A stretch of 34,495 nt of DNA from a bacterium (GTDB lineage Bacteria; JAHJDO01): assembly GCA_023129655.1 (NCBI GenBank), contig JAGMBN010000002.1, positions 1 through 34,495 of the forward strand, read 5' to 3'. Below are positions 11,309-18,912 of this stretch, in pieces. The notes beneath the pieces were generated by a model. The model was given only the letters and a program-made list of their open reading frames with translations. It was not told the origin of the DNA and did no database searches. Made by a program: the position numbers and the translations under genes. The number at the start of each line of letters is the position of its first letter. Positions within the stretch are counted from its first letter, which is position 1.

Positions 11309-12508
11309 ATGGCAAAGGAGAAATTTGAGAGAACGAAGCCGCATATAAATGTAGGAACAATAGGACATGTAGATCATGGGAAAACAACATTAACATCAGC
11401 AATAACAAAGATATTAAGCAAGAAGGGATTAGCATCAGCAAAGGAATTTGATGAGATAGACAATGCTCCTGAAGAGCAGGAGAGAGGAGTAACGATAAAT
11501 GTGCATCATGCGGAATACGAGACAGAGAAAAGGCATTATGCGCATGTAGATTGTCCGGGACATGCAGATTATATAAAGAATATGATAACAGGAGCGGCGC
11601 AGATGGACGGAGCAGTGCTGGTAGTAAGCGCAGCAGACGGACCAATGCCGCAGACAAGGGAACACATATTGTTGGCAAGACAGGTAGGAGTGCCGGCAAT
11701 AGTAGTATTTTTAAATAAAGTTGATCAAGTAGATGATAAAGAACTGCTGGAATTAGTTGAACTGGAAGTAAGAGAACTATTAACAAAGTACGAATTTCCC
11801 GGAGACGATATACCTGTGATAATGGGTTCAGCGTTAGCGGCAATGGATTGCGGATGCGCGAAAGAAGACTGTGAGAAATGCAAACCGATTCTTGAATTAT
11901 TAAAGCAGATGGATGAATATATACCGTTACCAAAAAGAGAGATAGATAAGCCGTTTTTGATGGCAATAGAGGACGTATTCACAATAACAGGAAGAGGAAC
12001 AGTAGGGACAGGAAGAATAGACAGAGGAGTAGTAAAGGTAGGAGAGAGTGTAGAAATAATAGGGTTGCGAGAGACGAAAAAGACAGTAGTGACAGGAGTA
12101 GAGATGTTCAGGAAGCTGCTGGATCAGGGACAAGCAGGAGATAATGTAGGATTATTGTTGAGAGGAATAGAGAGGAATGATATAGAAAGAGGACAAGTAT
12201 TAGCAGCTCCAGGAACAATAACACCGCATACACAATTCAAAGCAAAAGTATATGTATTGAAGAAAGAAGAAGGAGGAAGGCATACGCCATTCTTCAAGGG
12301 ATACAGGCCGCAGTTTTATTTCAGGACAACAGATGTGACAGGGACAGCAAAGTTAGCGCAAGGAGTAGAGATGGTAATGCCAGGAGACAATGTAGATTTA
12401 GAGATAGAGCTAATAGCGCCCATAGCAATGGAAGATGGATTAAGGTTTGCGATAAGAGAGGGAGGAAGGACAGTAGGCGCTGGGGTCGTATCTAAAATTA
12501 TTAAGTAG
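11309..12508 (+). CDS. tuf: Elongation factor Tu
   Basis: 399-aa ORF with the GTPase motifs [17 protein letters not shown] and NKVD. Strong A-ending codon bias is consistent with very high expression. Confidence 0.98.
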   Translation: MAKEKFERTKPHINVGTIGHVDHGKTTLTSAITKILSKKGLASAKEFDEIDNAPEEQERGVTINVHHAEYETEKRHYAHVDCPGHADYIKNMITGAAQMDGAVLVVSAADGPMPQTREHILLARQVGVPAIVVFLNKVDQVDDKELLELVELEVRELLTKYEFPGDDIPVIMGSALAAMDCGCAKEDCEKCKPILELLKQMDEYIPLPKREIDKPFLMAIEDVFTITGRGTVGTGRIDRGVVKVGESVEIIGLRETKKTVVTGVEMFRKLLDQGQAGDNVGLLLRGIERNDIERGQVLAAPGTITPHTQFKAKVYVLKKEEGGRHTPFFKGYRPQFYFRTTDVTGTAKLAQGVEMVMPGDNVDLEIELIAPIAMEDGLRFAIREGGRTVGAGVVSKIIK

Positions 12509-12528
12509 GGGTCGGATATATCCGACTC
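12508..12528. repeat. Palindromic hairpin GTCGGA-TATA-TCCGAC directly after the tuf stop
   Basis: GTCGGATATATCCGAC at 12511-12526 is a perfect palindrome with no following T-tract. The same stem recurs at 14283-14302. Confidence 0.5.
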
Positions 12529-12549
12529 GCTGAATTTAAGGATAGCAAA

Positions 12550-12858
12550 ATGCCAAAAGAAAAAATAAGAGTAAGTTTGAAAGCTAATGACCACAGACTG
12601 CTTGACAAATCCGTTAAGGATATAGTTAAGACAGTTGAGAAAACGGGCGCTGTTGTTGTGGGTCCTATCCCGTTACCAACAAGAAAAGAAAGATTTACAG
12701 TATTAAGATCCCCTCATGTTGATAAAAAATCACGAGAGCAGTTTGAAATAAGAACCCACAAAAGACTGATAGATATTATAGCTCCAACTCCTAAGACTGT
12801 GGATGCATTGATGAAGCTTGACTTACCGTCCGGGGTTGATGCTGAGGTAAAATTATAG
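12550..12858 (+). CDS. rpsJ: 30S ribosomal protein S10
   Basis: 102-aa ORF with [14 protein letters not shown]...[39 protein letters not shown]. Confidence 0.97.
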   Translation: MPKEKIRVSLKANDHRLLDKSVKDIVKTVEKTGAVVVGPIPLPTRKERFTVLRSPHVDKKSREQFEIRTHKRLIDIIAPTPKTVDALMKLDLPSGVDAEVKL

Positions 12859-12864
12859 GAAATT

Positions 12865-13500
12865 ATGATGTTATCCGGTCTGATAGGTAAAAAAGTAGGA
12901 ATGACGCAGATTTTTGGGGAGAAGGGAGAGGTTATCCCTGTTACTCTGATTGAAGCCGGACCATGTGTGGTTCTGCAAAAAAAGGCGTCAAAACAGGAAG
13001 GGTATGATGCTGTTCAGTTGGGTTATGAGGATATAAAAGAAAAGAAATTAACAAAATCCTTAAAGGCTAAATTCAGCAAGATAAAAGTAGAGCCTAAAAG
13101 ATATATAAGAGAATTCAGAGTAAATAATCCTGATGATTATGAAGTAGGGCAGGAACTAAAGGTTGATATTTTTGAAGAAGGAAGCTTTATTGATGTCTGT
13201 GGGACTTCCAAAGGAAAAGGATTTGCAGGTGTAATAAAGCGATGGGGATTTAAAGGAGGTCCAGCGTCTCATGGCTCAAGGTTTCACAGAGCGCCCGGCT
13301 CCGTAGGCGCCAGCGCTTCTCCTTCACGTGTATTTAAAGGACAGAAATTGCCGGGGCATATGGGAAACAAGAAAGTTACTATACAAAGCCTTGAAATTGT
13401 AAAGCTGGATAAAGAGAAAAATTTATTAGTTATAAAGGGAGCTGTCCCCGGAGCGAGTAGGGGAATTGTGATAATAGAAAAGGCTAAAAAGAAGAGTTAA
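12865..13500 (+). CDS. rplC: 50S ribosomal protein L3
   Basis: 211-aa ORF with [10 protein letters not shown]...[11 protein letters not shown] and [22 protein letters not shown]. Confidence 0.96.
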   Translation: MMLSGLIGKKVGMTQIFGEKGEVIPVTLIEAGPCVVLQKKASKQEGYDAVQLGYEDIKEKKLTKSLKAKFSKIKVEPKRYIREFRVNNPDDYEVGQELKVDIFEEGSFIDVCGTSKGKGFAGVIKRWGFKGGPASHGSRFHRAPGSVGASASPSRVFKGQKLPGHMGNKKVTIQSLEIVKLDKEKNLLVIKGAVPGASRGIVIIEKAKKKS

Positions 13501-13505
13501 TTATT

Positions 13506-14138
13506 ATGGCAGCTATTAAAGTATATAATATTGACAAGAAAGAATCAGAAGAAAAGATGAAGCTGGATAGTAAAATCTTTGATAAAAAGGTTAATGAGCC
13601 GGTTATACAGCAAGCGGTAAGAATGTATCTGGCAAATAAGAGAAAGGGTTCTGCCAATACGAAGACAAGGGCTGAAGTTAGAGGAGGAGGCGCAAAACCC
13701 TGGAAACAGAAAGGGACGGGCAGGGCGCGCGCAGGGAGTAATTCATCTCCTTTATGGAGGAAAGGCGGCGTTACTTTTGGTCCGAAGCCGAGGGACTTTC
13801 ATTATTCGCTCCCACAAAAAGTGAAGGATTTGGCTTTAAGGTCTGCCGTGAATGTTAAGTATAAGGATGATCAGATAGTGCTGATAGATAGTCTTGTTAT
13901 TAAGAGCGGAAAGACAAAGGATGCAGCTAGTGTTTTTTCTAAATTTTGTCAGGATAAAAAGGTTTTGGTTATAAAAGATAAGATGGATGAGAATACAGCC
14001 AGGTCTATTAAAAATTTGCCGAATATAAAAGTTATAGGTTCTGCGAATGTTAATACATATGATATTCTGGCGTATAATATTTTATTTAGTGATAAAGACA
14101 GCTTTGCTAATTTCTCAAATAGGATGATGAATAAATGA
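13506..14138 (+). CDS. rplD: 50S ribosomal protein L4
   Basis: 210-aa ORF with RGGGAKPWKQKGTGRARAGS..SPLWRKGGVTFGPKPR. Confidence 0.95.
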   Translation: MAAIKVYNIDKKESEEKMKLDSKIFDKKVNEPVIQQAVRMYLANKRKGSANTKTRAEVRGGGAKPWKQKGTGRARAGSNSSPLWRKGGVTFGPKPRDFHYSLPQKVKDLALRSAVNVKYKDDQIVLIDSLVIKSGKTKDAASVFSKFCQDKKVLVIKDKMDENTARSIKNLPNIKVIGSANVNTYDILAYNILFSDKDSFANFSNRMMNK

Positions 14139-14179
14139 AACATTCATACCAACAAATGAACGCAAAAGAATACAAAAAT

Positions 14180-14225
14180 GTCATTGCGAGGAGTTCCGAA
14201 CGTTTTCGGGACGACGTGGCAATCT
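14180..14225 (+). repeat. GTCATTGCGAG...GCAATCT palindromic-type repeat element (long copy)
   Basis: GTCATTGCGAG at 14180-14190, an inner CCGAA/TTCGG hairpin, and GCAATCT at 14219-14225. An inverted shorter copy lies at 15992-16020. Confidence 0.6.
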
Positions 14226-14261
14226 TCTTAATGTATGGGGATTTCAATGTTAGCCTGTAGT

Positions 14262-14302
14262 GGCTTGATTTATCAAGCCCGTGGGTCGGATAAATCCGAC
14301 CC
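14262..14302. repeat. Two tandem perfect hairpins (GGCTTGA-TTTA-TCAAGCC and GGGTCGGA-TAAA-TCCGACCC)
   Basis: 7-bp stem at 14262-14279 and 8-bp stem at 14283-14302, each with a 4-nt loop and no T-tract. The second shares its stem with the post-tuf hairpin. Confidence 0.6.
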
Positions 14303-14377
14303 CTACTGTAGACAAAGGGAGCAAAAGGGGACTTAAAGATTTTGAAGAGGATTATTGCTATCCTTATCTTTTAGATT

Positions 14378-14620
14378 ATGTTTAAATATACTACCTATTT
14401 TGAAGAAGATGTGATGACCAAGCGACCATATATAAAAAAAGAGTGGTGCGAAAGAGTCGTCTCTTCAAGGCAATTTATAACGCTTCAGCCTGACGGCAGG
14501 TTACGGTTCTGGGCTCAGATTCCGGAATATGGCAACAGGTATCTTCGTGTTGTAACTTTATCAGACCAGCATACAATACTTAATGCTTTTTTTGACCGCA
14601 ATTTTAAAGGAGGGCAATAA
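14378..14620 (+). CDS. Small toxin-like protein paired with a DUF2283 protein (DUF4258-like candidate)
   Basis: 80-aa ORF. The more likely start is the ATG at 14414 (MTKRPYIKKEW...). The conserved-looking core is EWCERVV...QPDGRLRFWAQIPE..NRYLRVVTL.D..TILNAFFDRNF. The stop lies 2 nt before the partner gene. The family name is tentative. Confidence 0.45.
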   Translation: MFKYTTYFEEDVMTKRPYIKKEWCERVVSSRQFITLQPDGRLRFWAQIPEYGNRYLRVVTLSDQHTILNAFFDRNFKGGQ

Positions 14621-14622
14621 AA

Positions 14623-14835
14623 ATGAGACTAAACTATCATCCTGATACAGATTCGCTTTATATACATCTTGTTGAGCGTTCTGGTGTAGAAGCCCGTGAA
14701 GTCGCGCCTGGAGTTATAGTTGATTTTGACTCGGAAGGTAAATCTGTTGGGATAGACATTGAGCATGCGCAAAATATTATAGACCTTAGTTCTATTCAGG
14801 CAGATTCTTTGCCTGTAAAAATTAAGACTGCATAA
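14623..14835 (+). CDS. DUF2283-family protein (putative antitoxin)
   Basis: 70-aa ORF. MRLNYHPDTDSLYIHL....VIVDFDSEGKSVGIDIEHA matches the remembered DUF2283 pattern (YD.e.DalYi.l ... D.d.dG.ivGiEi). Confidence 0.6.
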   Translation: MRLNYHPDTDSLYIHLVERSGVEAREVAPGVIVDFDSEGKSVGIDIEHAQNIIDLSSIQADSLPVKIKTA

Positions 14836-14925
14836 GACGATTAGGATAAAGAAAAAGGTAGATGATTCAAGTATACGATATTAATAAAAAAGAAGTTGAT
14901 TATATTGGGGTAATTTTTAAGTAAA

Positions 14926-16041
14926 ATGAGAAAGATGGAAACAAAGAAGACAAATAATATTTTTAGGTTAATTCTGTTTGGAATTTTGGCGGTTGGATTT
15001 ACAGGCCATTGTTTTGCCGTTGAAAAAAATCTAGAAGCTTTTGAAAAGGCAAGACAAGATGCATTGCTTTCTCGCTGTAAGTCAAATATAAAGCAGCTAT
15101 TAGCTTGCATAAAAATGTATGCACAAGATTATGATGGCAGGTACCCGGACAAATTATCAGATTTATCTATCTATTTAAAACGACTTGATACATTTACCTG
15201 TCGAGCAAGCAAGGATAAAATTACCAGCAAAAAAGAAATAGATACTAAAAGCAGTTATGAATATAGAGGAGCTGGACTTACCAAAGAAATTGGGGAGAAA
15301 GACCCGGATAAAATCATTTTGATAGAGAAAAATTATAATCATACTATCGATGGAAAACTTGTTCGCTGTGTTGGCTATGCTGGTGGGTATGTGGGGATGG
15401 AGCAACAAAAGATGGAGACAAAAGTATATTCTCCCAATTATAGGTCTGCTCAGGAAATAGAAGAATCATTGAAAAAGGCACTAAAGCCTGATGAGAGAAG
15501 AAAAATTGTTTGTGATAAAAAACGGAACTATTTAATCATTACTGACTCAGTGAGCAACCACAAAAAGATAAAAGAAGCGATAACAAAACTTGACCAGCCT
15601 AAACCTCAATTCCGCATTAAGATTACTAGCGTCAAGACAAAAGAGAATGGAGAACCTGTTAGAAATTCGCAAGAGGTTGTTGCTCTTCTTGATACGCCTG
15701 CAAGCATAAATATTGGAGATAAGGATTTTCCTCCATATTGTCATTATGAAGTCACACCTTCTTTAACAAAGGAAGGCATGATTTTGCTAAAGATGGATTA
15801 TGAAATGGCAGTAAATAAAGGAAAAATAACTGGTGGCAAAAGGCAGTACATCCTAAAAGATGGAGAGACAAAAGAGCTTAGCGGTCCACCAGGAAGCAAA
15901 AGAAAGACTATAATTTTTATAGAAAAAATAAAAGCAAAGAAGTCCACAACTGTAACCGACGAAAATATTATTTATCTCAAAGACAAAAACGAGATTGCTT
16001 CGCCTTCGGCTCGCAATGACAAAAGGAATATTTCCAAGTGA
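14926..16041 (+). CDS. Secreted chimeric protein: pseudopilin-like (DUF1559-type) module plus secretin N-domain-like module
   Basis: 371-aa ORF with a signal-peptide-like N-terminus (FRLILFGILAVGFTGHCFA|VEK). RCKSNIKQLLACIKMYAQDYDGRYP resembles the post-helix segment of type II pseudopilin/DUF1559 proteins. YRSAQEIEESLKKALKPDERRKIVCDKKRNYLIITDSVSNHKKIKEAITKLDQPKPQFRIKI resembles a secretin N (NolW-like) domain. The stop overlaps the rplW GTG start (GTGA). Confidence 0.45.
   Translation: MRKMETKKTNNIFRLILFGILAVGFTGHCFAVEKNLEAFEKARQDALLSRCKSNIKQLLACIKMYAQDYDGRYPDKLSDLSIYLKRLDTFTCRASKDKITSKKEIDTKSSYEYRGAGLTKEIGEKDPDKIILIEKNYNHTIDGKLVRCVGYAGGYVGMEQQKMETKVYSPNYRSAQEIEESLKKALKPDERRKIVCDKKRNYLIITDSVSNHKKIKEAITKLDQPKPQFRIKITSVKTKENGEPVRNSQEVVALLDTPASINIGDKDFPPYCHYEVTPSLTKEGMILLKMDYEMAVNKGKITGGKRQYILKDGETKELSGPPGSKRKTIIFIEKIKAKKSTTVTDENIIYLKDKNEIASPSARNDKRNISK
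15992..16020 (-). repeat. Inverted short copy of the GTCATTGCGAG...GCAATCT element
   Basis: AGATTGC at 15992-15998 and CTCGCAATGAC at 16010-16020 are exact reverse complements of GCAATCT and GTCATTGCGAG in the copy at 14180-14225. The element is embedded in the last codons of the 371-aa ORF (..EIASPSARNDK..). Confidence 0.6.
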
Positions 16042-16319
16042 AAAGCATATACGAAGTTATAAAAGGTCCGTGGATTACGGAAAAAGGCACTGATCTTGGC
16101 GAGAAGTTGAATAAATATGTTTTCAAAGTATGTACTAACGCAAATAAAGTTGAAATCAAAGAAGCAATAGAAAAGATATTTAATGTAAAGATAGAGAAGG
16201 TTAATACTATAAAAGTACAGGGTAAAAAGAAAAGGGTCAGGAAAGTTGAGGGAAGAACTCCTGATTGGAAGAAAGCTGTTATAACACTTAAGGAAGGCAA
16301 TAAAATAGAATTTGTTTAG
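16038..16319 (+). CDS. rplW: 50S ribosomal protein L23 (GTG start)
   Basis: 93-aa ORF with IKGPWITEKGT...KYVFKV...ANKVEIKEAIEKIFNVKIEKVNT. Confidence 0.93.
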   Translation: MKSIYEVIKGPWITEKGTDLGEKLNKYVFKVCTNANKVEIKEAIEKIFNVKIEKVNTIKVQGKKKRVRKVEGRTPDWKKAVITLKEGNKIEFV

Positions 16320-16328
16320 AGAATAATT

Positions 16329-17159
16329 ATGGCAGTAAAAAAACATAAACCAACAACTAAGAGCAGAAGATTTGCAATACTGCCGGCGTTTGATGAGATC
16401 ACAAAGAGCAAGCCGGAAAAAAGTCTGACTATGTCGTTGAATAAAAAGAGTGGGCGCAATGTTAGAGGTAAGATTACTGTAAGGCACAGAGGCGGCGGAC
16501 ATAAACGGAAATACCGCATTATTGATTTTATGAGGAGCAAAAAAGATATAGAGGGTAAGATAGTTTCAATTGAGTATGATCCAAATAGAACGAGCAGAAT
16601 TGCTCTAACGCAGTATCCTGACGGTGAAAAGAGATATGTAATTGCGCCGTCAGAGATTAGAGTTGGGGACAAAATTCTATCAGGAAAAACAGTAGAAATA
16701 AAAGTGGGGAATAGTTTGCCTTTAAGAAATATACCTGCAGGTACTCTAATTCATAACGTGCAATTGCATAAGAATAAGGGCGGTCAATTAGCGCGCAGCG
16801 CTGGAGCAAGCGCTCAACTAATGGCAAAAGAGGGAAACTATGCTAATGTAAAACTTCCGTCAGGGGAGATTAGAGCCATTCTTTTAGATTGTACAGCTAC
16901 TATTGGGCAGGTTGGTAATATTGATCATGAAGGCGTATCAAGCGGTAAAGCGGGGCGAAAGCGCTGGTTAGGCAGACGTCCAAAGGTACGGGGTGTTGCT
17001 ATGAATCCTGTTGATCATCCTCTTGGAGGCGGAGAGGGAAAGAGCGCGGGAGGAAGACATCCTGTTTCCAAGTGGGGACAGCCTGCTAAAGGATTTAAAA
17101 CGAGAAAAAAACGTAAAGAATCGGATAAATATATAATAAAACATAGGAATAAAACATAA
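16329..17159 (+). CDS. rplB: 50S ribosomal protein L2
   Basis: 276-aa ORF with [26 protein letters not shown] and [18 protein letters not shown]. Confidence 0.97.
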   Translation: MAVKKHKPTTKSRRFAILPAFDEITKSKPEKSLTMSLNKKSGRNVRGKITVRHRGGGHKRKYRIIDFMRSKKDIEGKIVSIEYDPNRTSRIALTQYPDGEKRYVIAPSEIRVGDKILSGKTVEIKVGNSLPLRNIPAGTLIHNVQLHKNKGGQLARSAGASAQLMAKEGNYANVKLPSGEIRAILLDCTATIGQVGNIDHEGVSSGKAGRKRWLGRRPKVRGVAMNPVDHPLGGGEGKSAGGRHPVSKWGQPAKGFKTRKKRKESDKYIIKHRNKT

Positions 17160-17456
17160 ATGTCCAGATCAATTAAAAAAGGACCGTATTTAGACCGGAA
17201 GCTGGTAAAGAAAATGGAAGAAGCTAAAAGAACCGGCAATAAAAAGATTATTCAAACATGGTCACGCAGTTGTACTATTATACCTGATTTTGTTGGTCAG
17301 AGCATTGGTGTGCATAATGGGATGAAGTTTATACCGGTGTACATAACAGAGAATATGGTAGGACACAAACTTGGCGAATTTTCCCATACACGGACATTTC
17401 GCGCGCATAGCGGACAAAGATCTAAAGTAGAAGAAAAAGGGGCGAAAAAGGGATAA
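17160..17456 (+). CDS. rpsS: 30S ribosomal protein S19
   Basis: 98-aa ORF with [11 protein letters not shown] and [31 protein letters not shown]. Confidence 0.97.
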   Translation: MSRSIKKGPYLDRKLVKKMEEAKRTGNKKIIQTWSRSCTIIPDFVGQSIGVHNGMKFIPVYITENMVGHKLGEFSHTRTFRAHSGQRSKVEEKGAKKG

Positions 17457-17462
17457 GATATT

Positions 17463-17870
17463 ATGTATGCAAGAGCAAAAGCGCGATTTATCCATACATC
17501 TCCAAGGAAGTTAAGGGATGTGGTAAATCTTATTAGAGGCAGAGACGTGATTAAAGCGCTCAATATTCTTAAACTTGTTTCAAGAACGTCTACTCCTATT
17601 GAAAAAGTTTTACGCTCAGCAGTAGCAAATGCTGTACAGCTGACAGATATAAACGAGGAGGATTTATATATTTCCAGTATTACAGTTGATATAGGCTCTG
17701 TTATGAAGAGATTTAGGGCTGCGCCAATGGGACGTGCAGTCAAAATAAGAAAAAGGACGAGTCATATTAATATAGTATTGCAGGATAAAATTAAAAAGAA
17801 AATATTAAAAACCGAAGAAGTAAAAAAGGAAATAAAGAATGGGACAAAAGGTTCATCCGGTAGGGTTTAG
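17463..17870 (+). CDS. rplV: 50S ribosomal protein L22
   Basis: 135-aa ORF with [23 protein letters not shown] and [21 protein letters not shown] Lys-rich C-terminal tail overlaps rpsC. Confidence 0.93.
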   Translation: MYARAKARFIHTSPRKLRDVVNLIRGRDVIKALNILKLVSRTSTPIEKVLRSAVANAVQLTDINEEDLYISSITVDIGSVMKRFRAAPMGRAVKIRKRTSHINIVLQDKIKKKILKTEEVKKEIKNGTKGSSGRV

Positions 17871-18462
17871 ATTAGGAGGGATAAAAACCTCACAGTCATG
17901 TTGGATTGCAAAGAAAGATTATGCGTCTCTTATTGCGGAGGATGTGCAGATACGTAAATATATTAAGAAGAATTTGGAACATGCAGGTGTAGCCGCTATA
18001 GAAATTCGCAGGTCGTTAGGAAAGGCGGTTATAAATCTTCATACTGCAAGGCCTGGAGTTATTATTGGCAGAAAAGGCGCTGAAATTGATAAATTAAGAG
18101 AGAGCCTGGAAAAGATGACGAACAAGCAAATCGTTGTAAATATTGTGGAAGTTGAAAATCCGGCGATAAATGCGCAATTAGTTGCAGAAGGAGTAGCTGT
18201 GCAGTTGGTAAAGAGGGTTCCGTTTAGAAGAGTAATGAAAAAAGTTATCAGTTTTGCAATGCAGTCCGGAGCGCAGGGCATGAAAATAGTTTGCGCCGGG
18301 CGTTTGGGTGGAGCTGAGATAGCGCGAACCGAATCGGCAAAGGATGGGAAGATACCTCTGCATACTTTAAGAGCTGATATAGATTACGGTTTTGCGGAAG
18401 CGCATACTACATACGGGTTAATAGGCGTGAAGGTGTGGGTATGCAAAGGGGAGATTATATAA
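17839..18462 (+). CDS. rpsC: 30S ribosomal protein S3
   Basis: 207-aa ORF with [14 protein letters not shown] and [29 protein letters not shown]. Confidence 0.97.
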   Translation: MGQKVHPVGFRLGGIKTSQSCWIAKKDYASLIAEDVQIRKYIKKNLEHAGVAAIEIRRSLGKAVINLHTARPGVIIGRKGAEIDKLRESLEKMTNKQIVVNIVEVENPAINAQLVAEGVAVQLVKRVPFRRVMKKVISFAMQSGAQGMKIVCAGRLGGAEIARTESAKDGKIPLHTLRADIDYGFAEAHTTYGLIGVKVWVCKGEII

Positions 18463-18463
18463 G

Positions 18464-18892
18464 ATGGCATTAATTCCAAAACGCGTCAAACATAGAAAGG
18501 TGCACAGAGGGCGTATGCAGGGAATATCCTGCAGGGGGCATAATGCGAGTTTTGGAGAATATGGTTTAAAGGCTTTAGAATGCGCGTGGATAACCAGCCG
18601 TCAGCTTGAAGCTGCAAGAATTGCAATGACAAGATACATCAAACGAGGCGGCAAGGTTTGGATAAGAGTAGTTGCTGACAAGCCTGTAACAAAAAAACCG
18701 GCTGAGACCAGAATGGGAAAGGGAAAAGGAGCGCCTGAGTACTGGGTTTCAGTTATCAAGCCTGGCAGGGTTTTGTTTGAGCTGGGCGGTATTTCAGAAG
18801 ATTTAGCGAGGCAGGCTATGAAACTTGCATCAACAAAACTGCCGATAAAAACACGATTTGTGATCAGAGGAAAATTAGGGGTAACATCATAA
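18464..18892 (+). CDS. rplP: 50S ribosomal protein L16
   Basis: 142-aa ORF with [15 protein letters not shown] and [19 protein letters not shown]. Its stop overlaps the next ATG (TAATG). Confidence 0.97.
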   Translation: MALIPKRVKHRKVHRGRMQGISCRGHNASFGEYGLKALECAWITSRQLEAARIAMTRYIKRGGKVWIRVVADKPVTKKPAETRMGKGKGAPEYWVSVIKPGRVLFELGGISEDLARQAMKLASTKLPIKTRFVIRGKLGVTS

Positions 18893-18912
18893 TGAAGGTT
18901 AGTAAGTTTAGA
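18891..18912 (+). repeat. Left copy of a perfect 22-bp direct repeat (AATGAAGGTTAGTAAGTTTAGA), a copy of the rpmC initiation region
   Basis: Identical at all 22 positions to 27003-27024. It contains an ATG plus 6 further codons (MKVSKFR). Confidence 0.9.

Larger units (their letters stand above)
14139..16037 (+). other. Accessory island A inserted between rplD and rplW (repeat cluster, TA pair, secreted chimera)
   Basis: rplD and rplW are normally adjacent. Here 1.9 kb of non-ribosomal sequence separates them. Confidence 0.75.

Noticed and set aside
11283-11966. 227-aa minus-strand ORF (and the smaller ones up to 12594) opposite tuf
   Set aside because: This is an artefact of the extreme A/G-rich, A-ending codon bias of tuf, which removes stop codons from the antisense frame. 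The product is Leu/Pro/Ser-rich nonsense.
14135-14260. 41-codon ORF coupled to the rplD stop
   Set aside because: Most of it is a read-through of the palindromic repeat element (..NVIARSSERFRDDVAI..). It is treated as a relic or translation conduit, not as a gene.
14237-14305. tRNA-like appearance (GGGG..., two consecutive stem-loops, ...CCCC) in the rplD-downstream spacer
   Set aside because: There is no matching 7-bp acceptor stem. The would-be T-loop is TAAA/ATAAAT rather than TTCRANY, the anticodon-arm geometry is wrong and there is no D-arm. It is better explained as REP-like hairpins.
15972-16672. Minus-strand ORFs of 176, 107 and 118 aa overlapping the island A gene, rplW and rplB
   Set aside because: They are antisense to well-supported genes and give hydrophobic low-complexity translations. 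They have no SD or promoter context.
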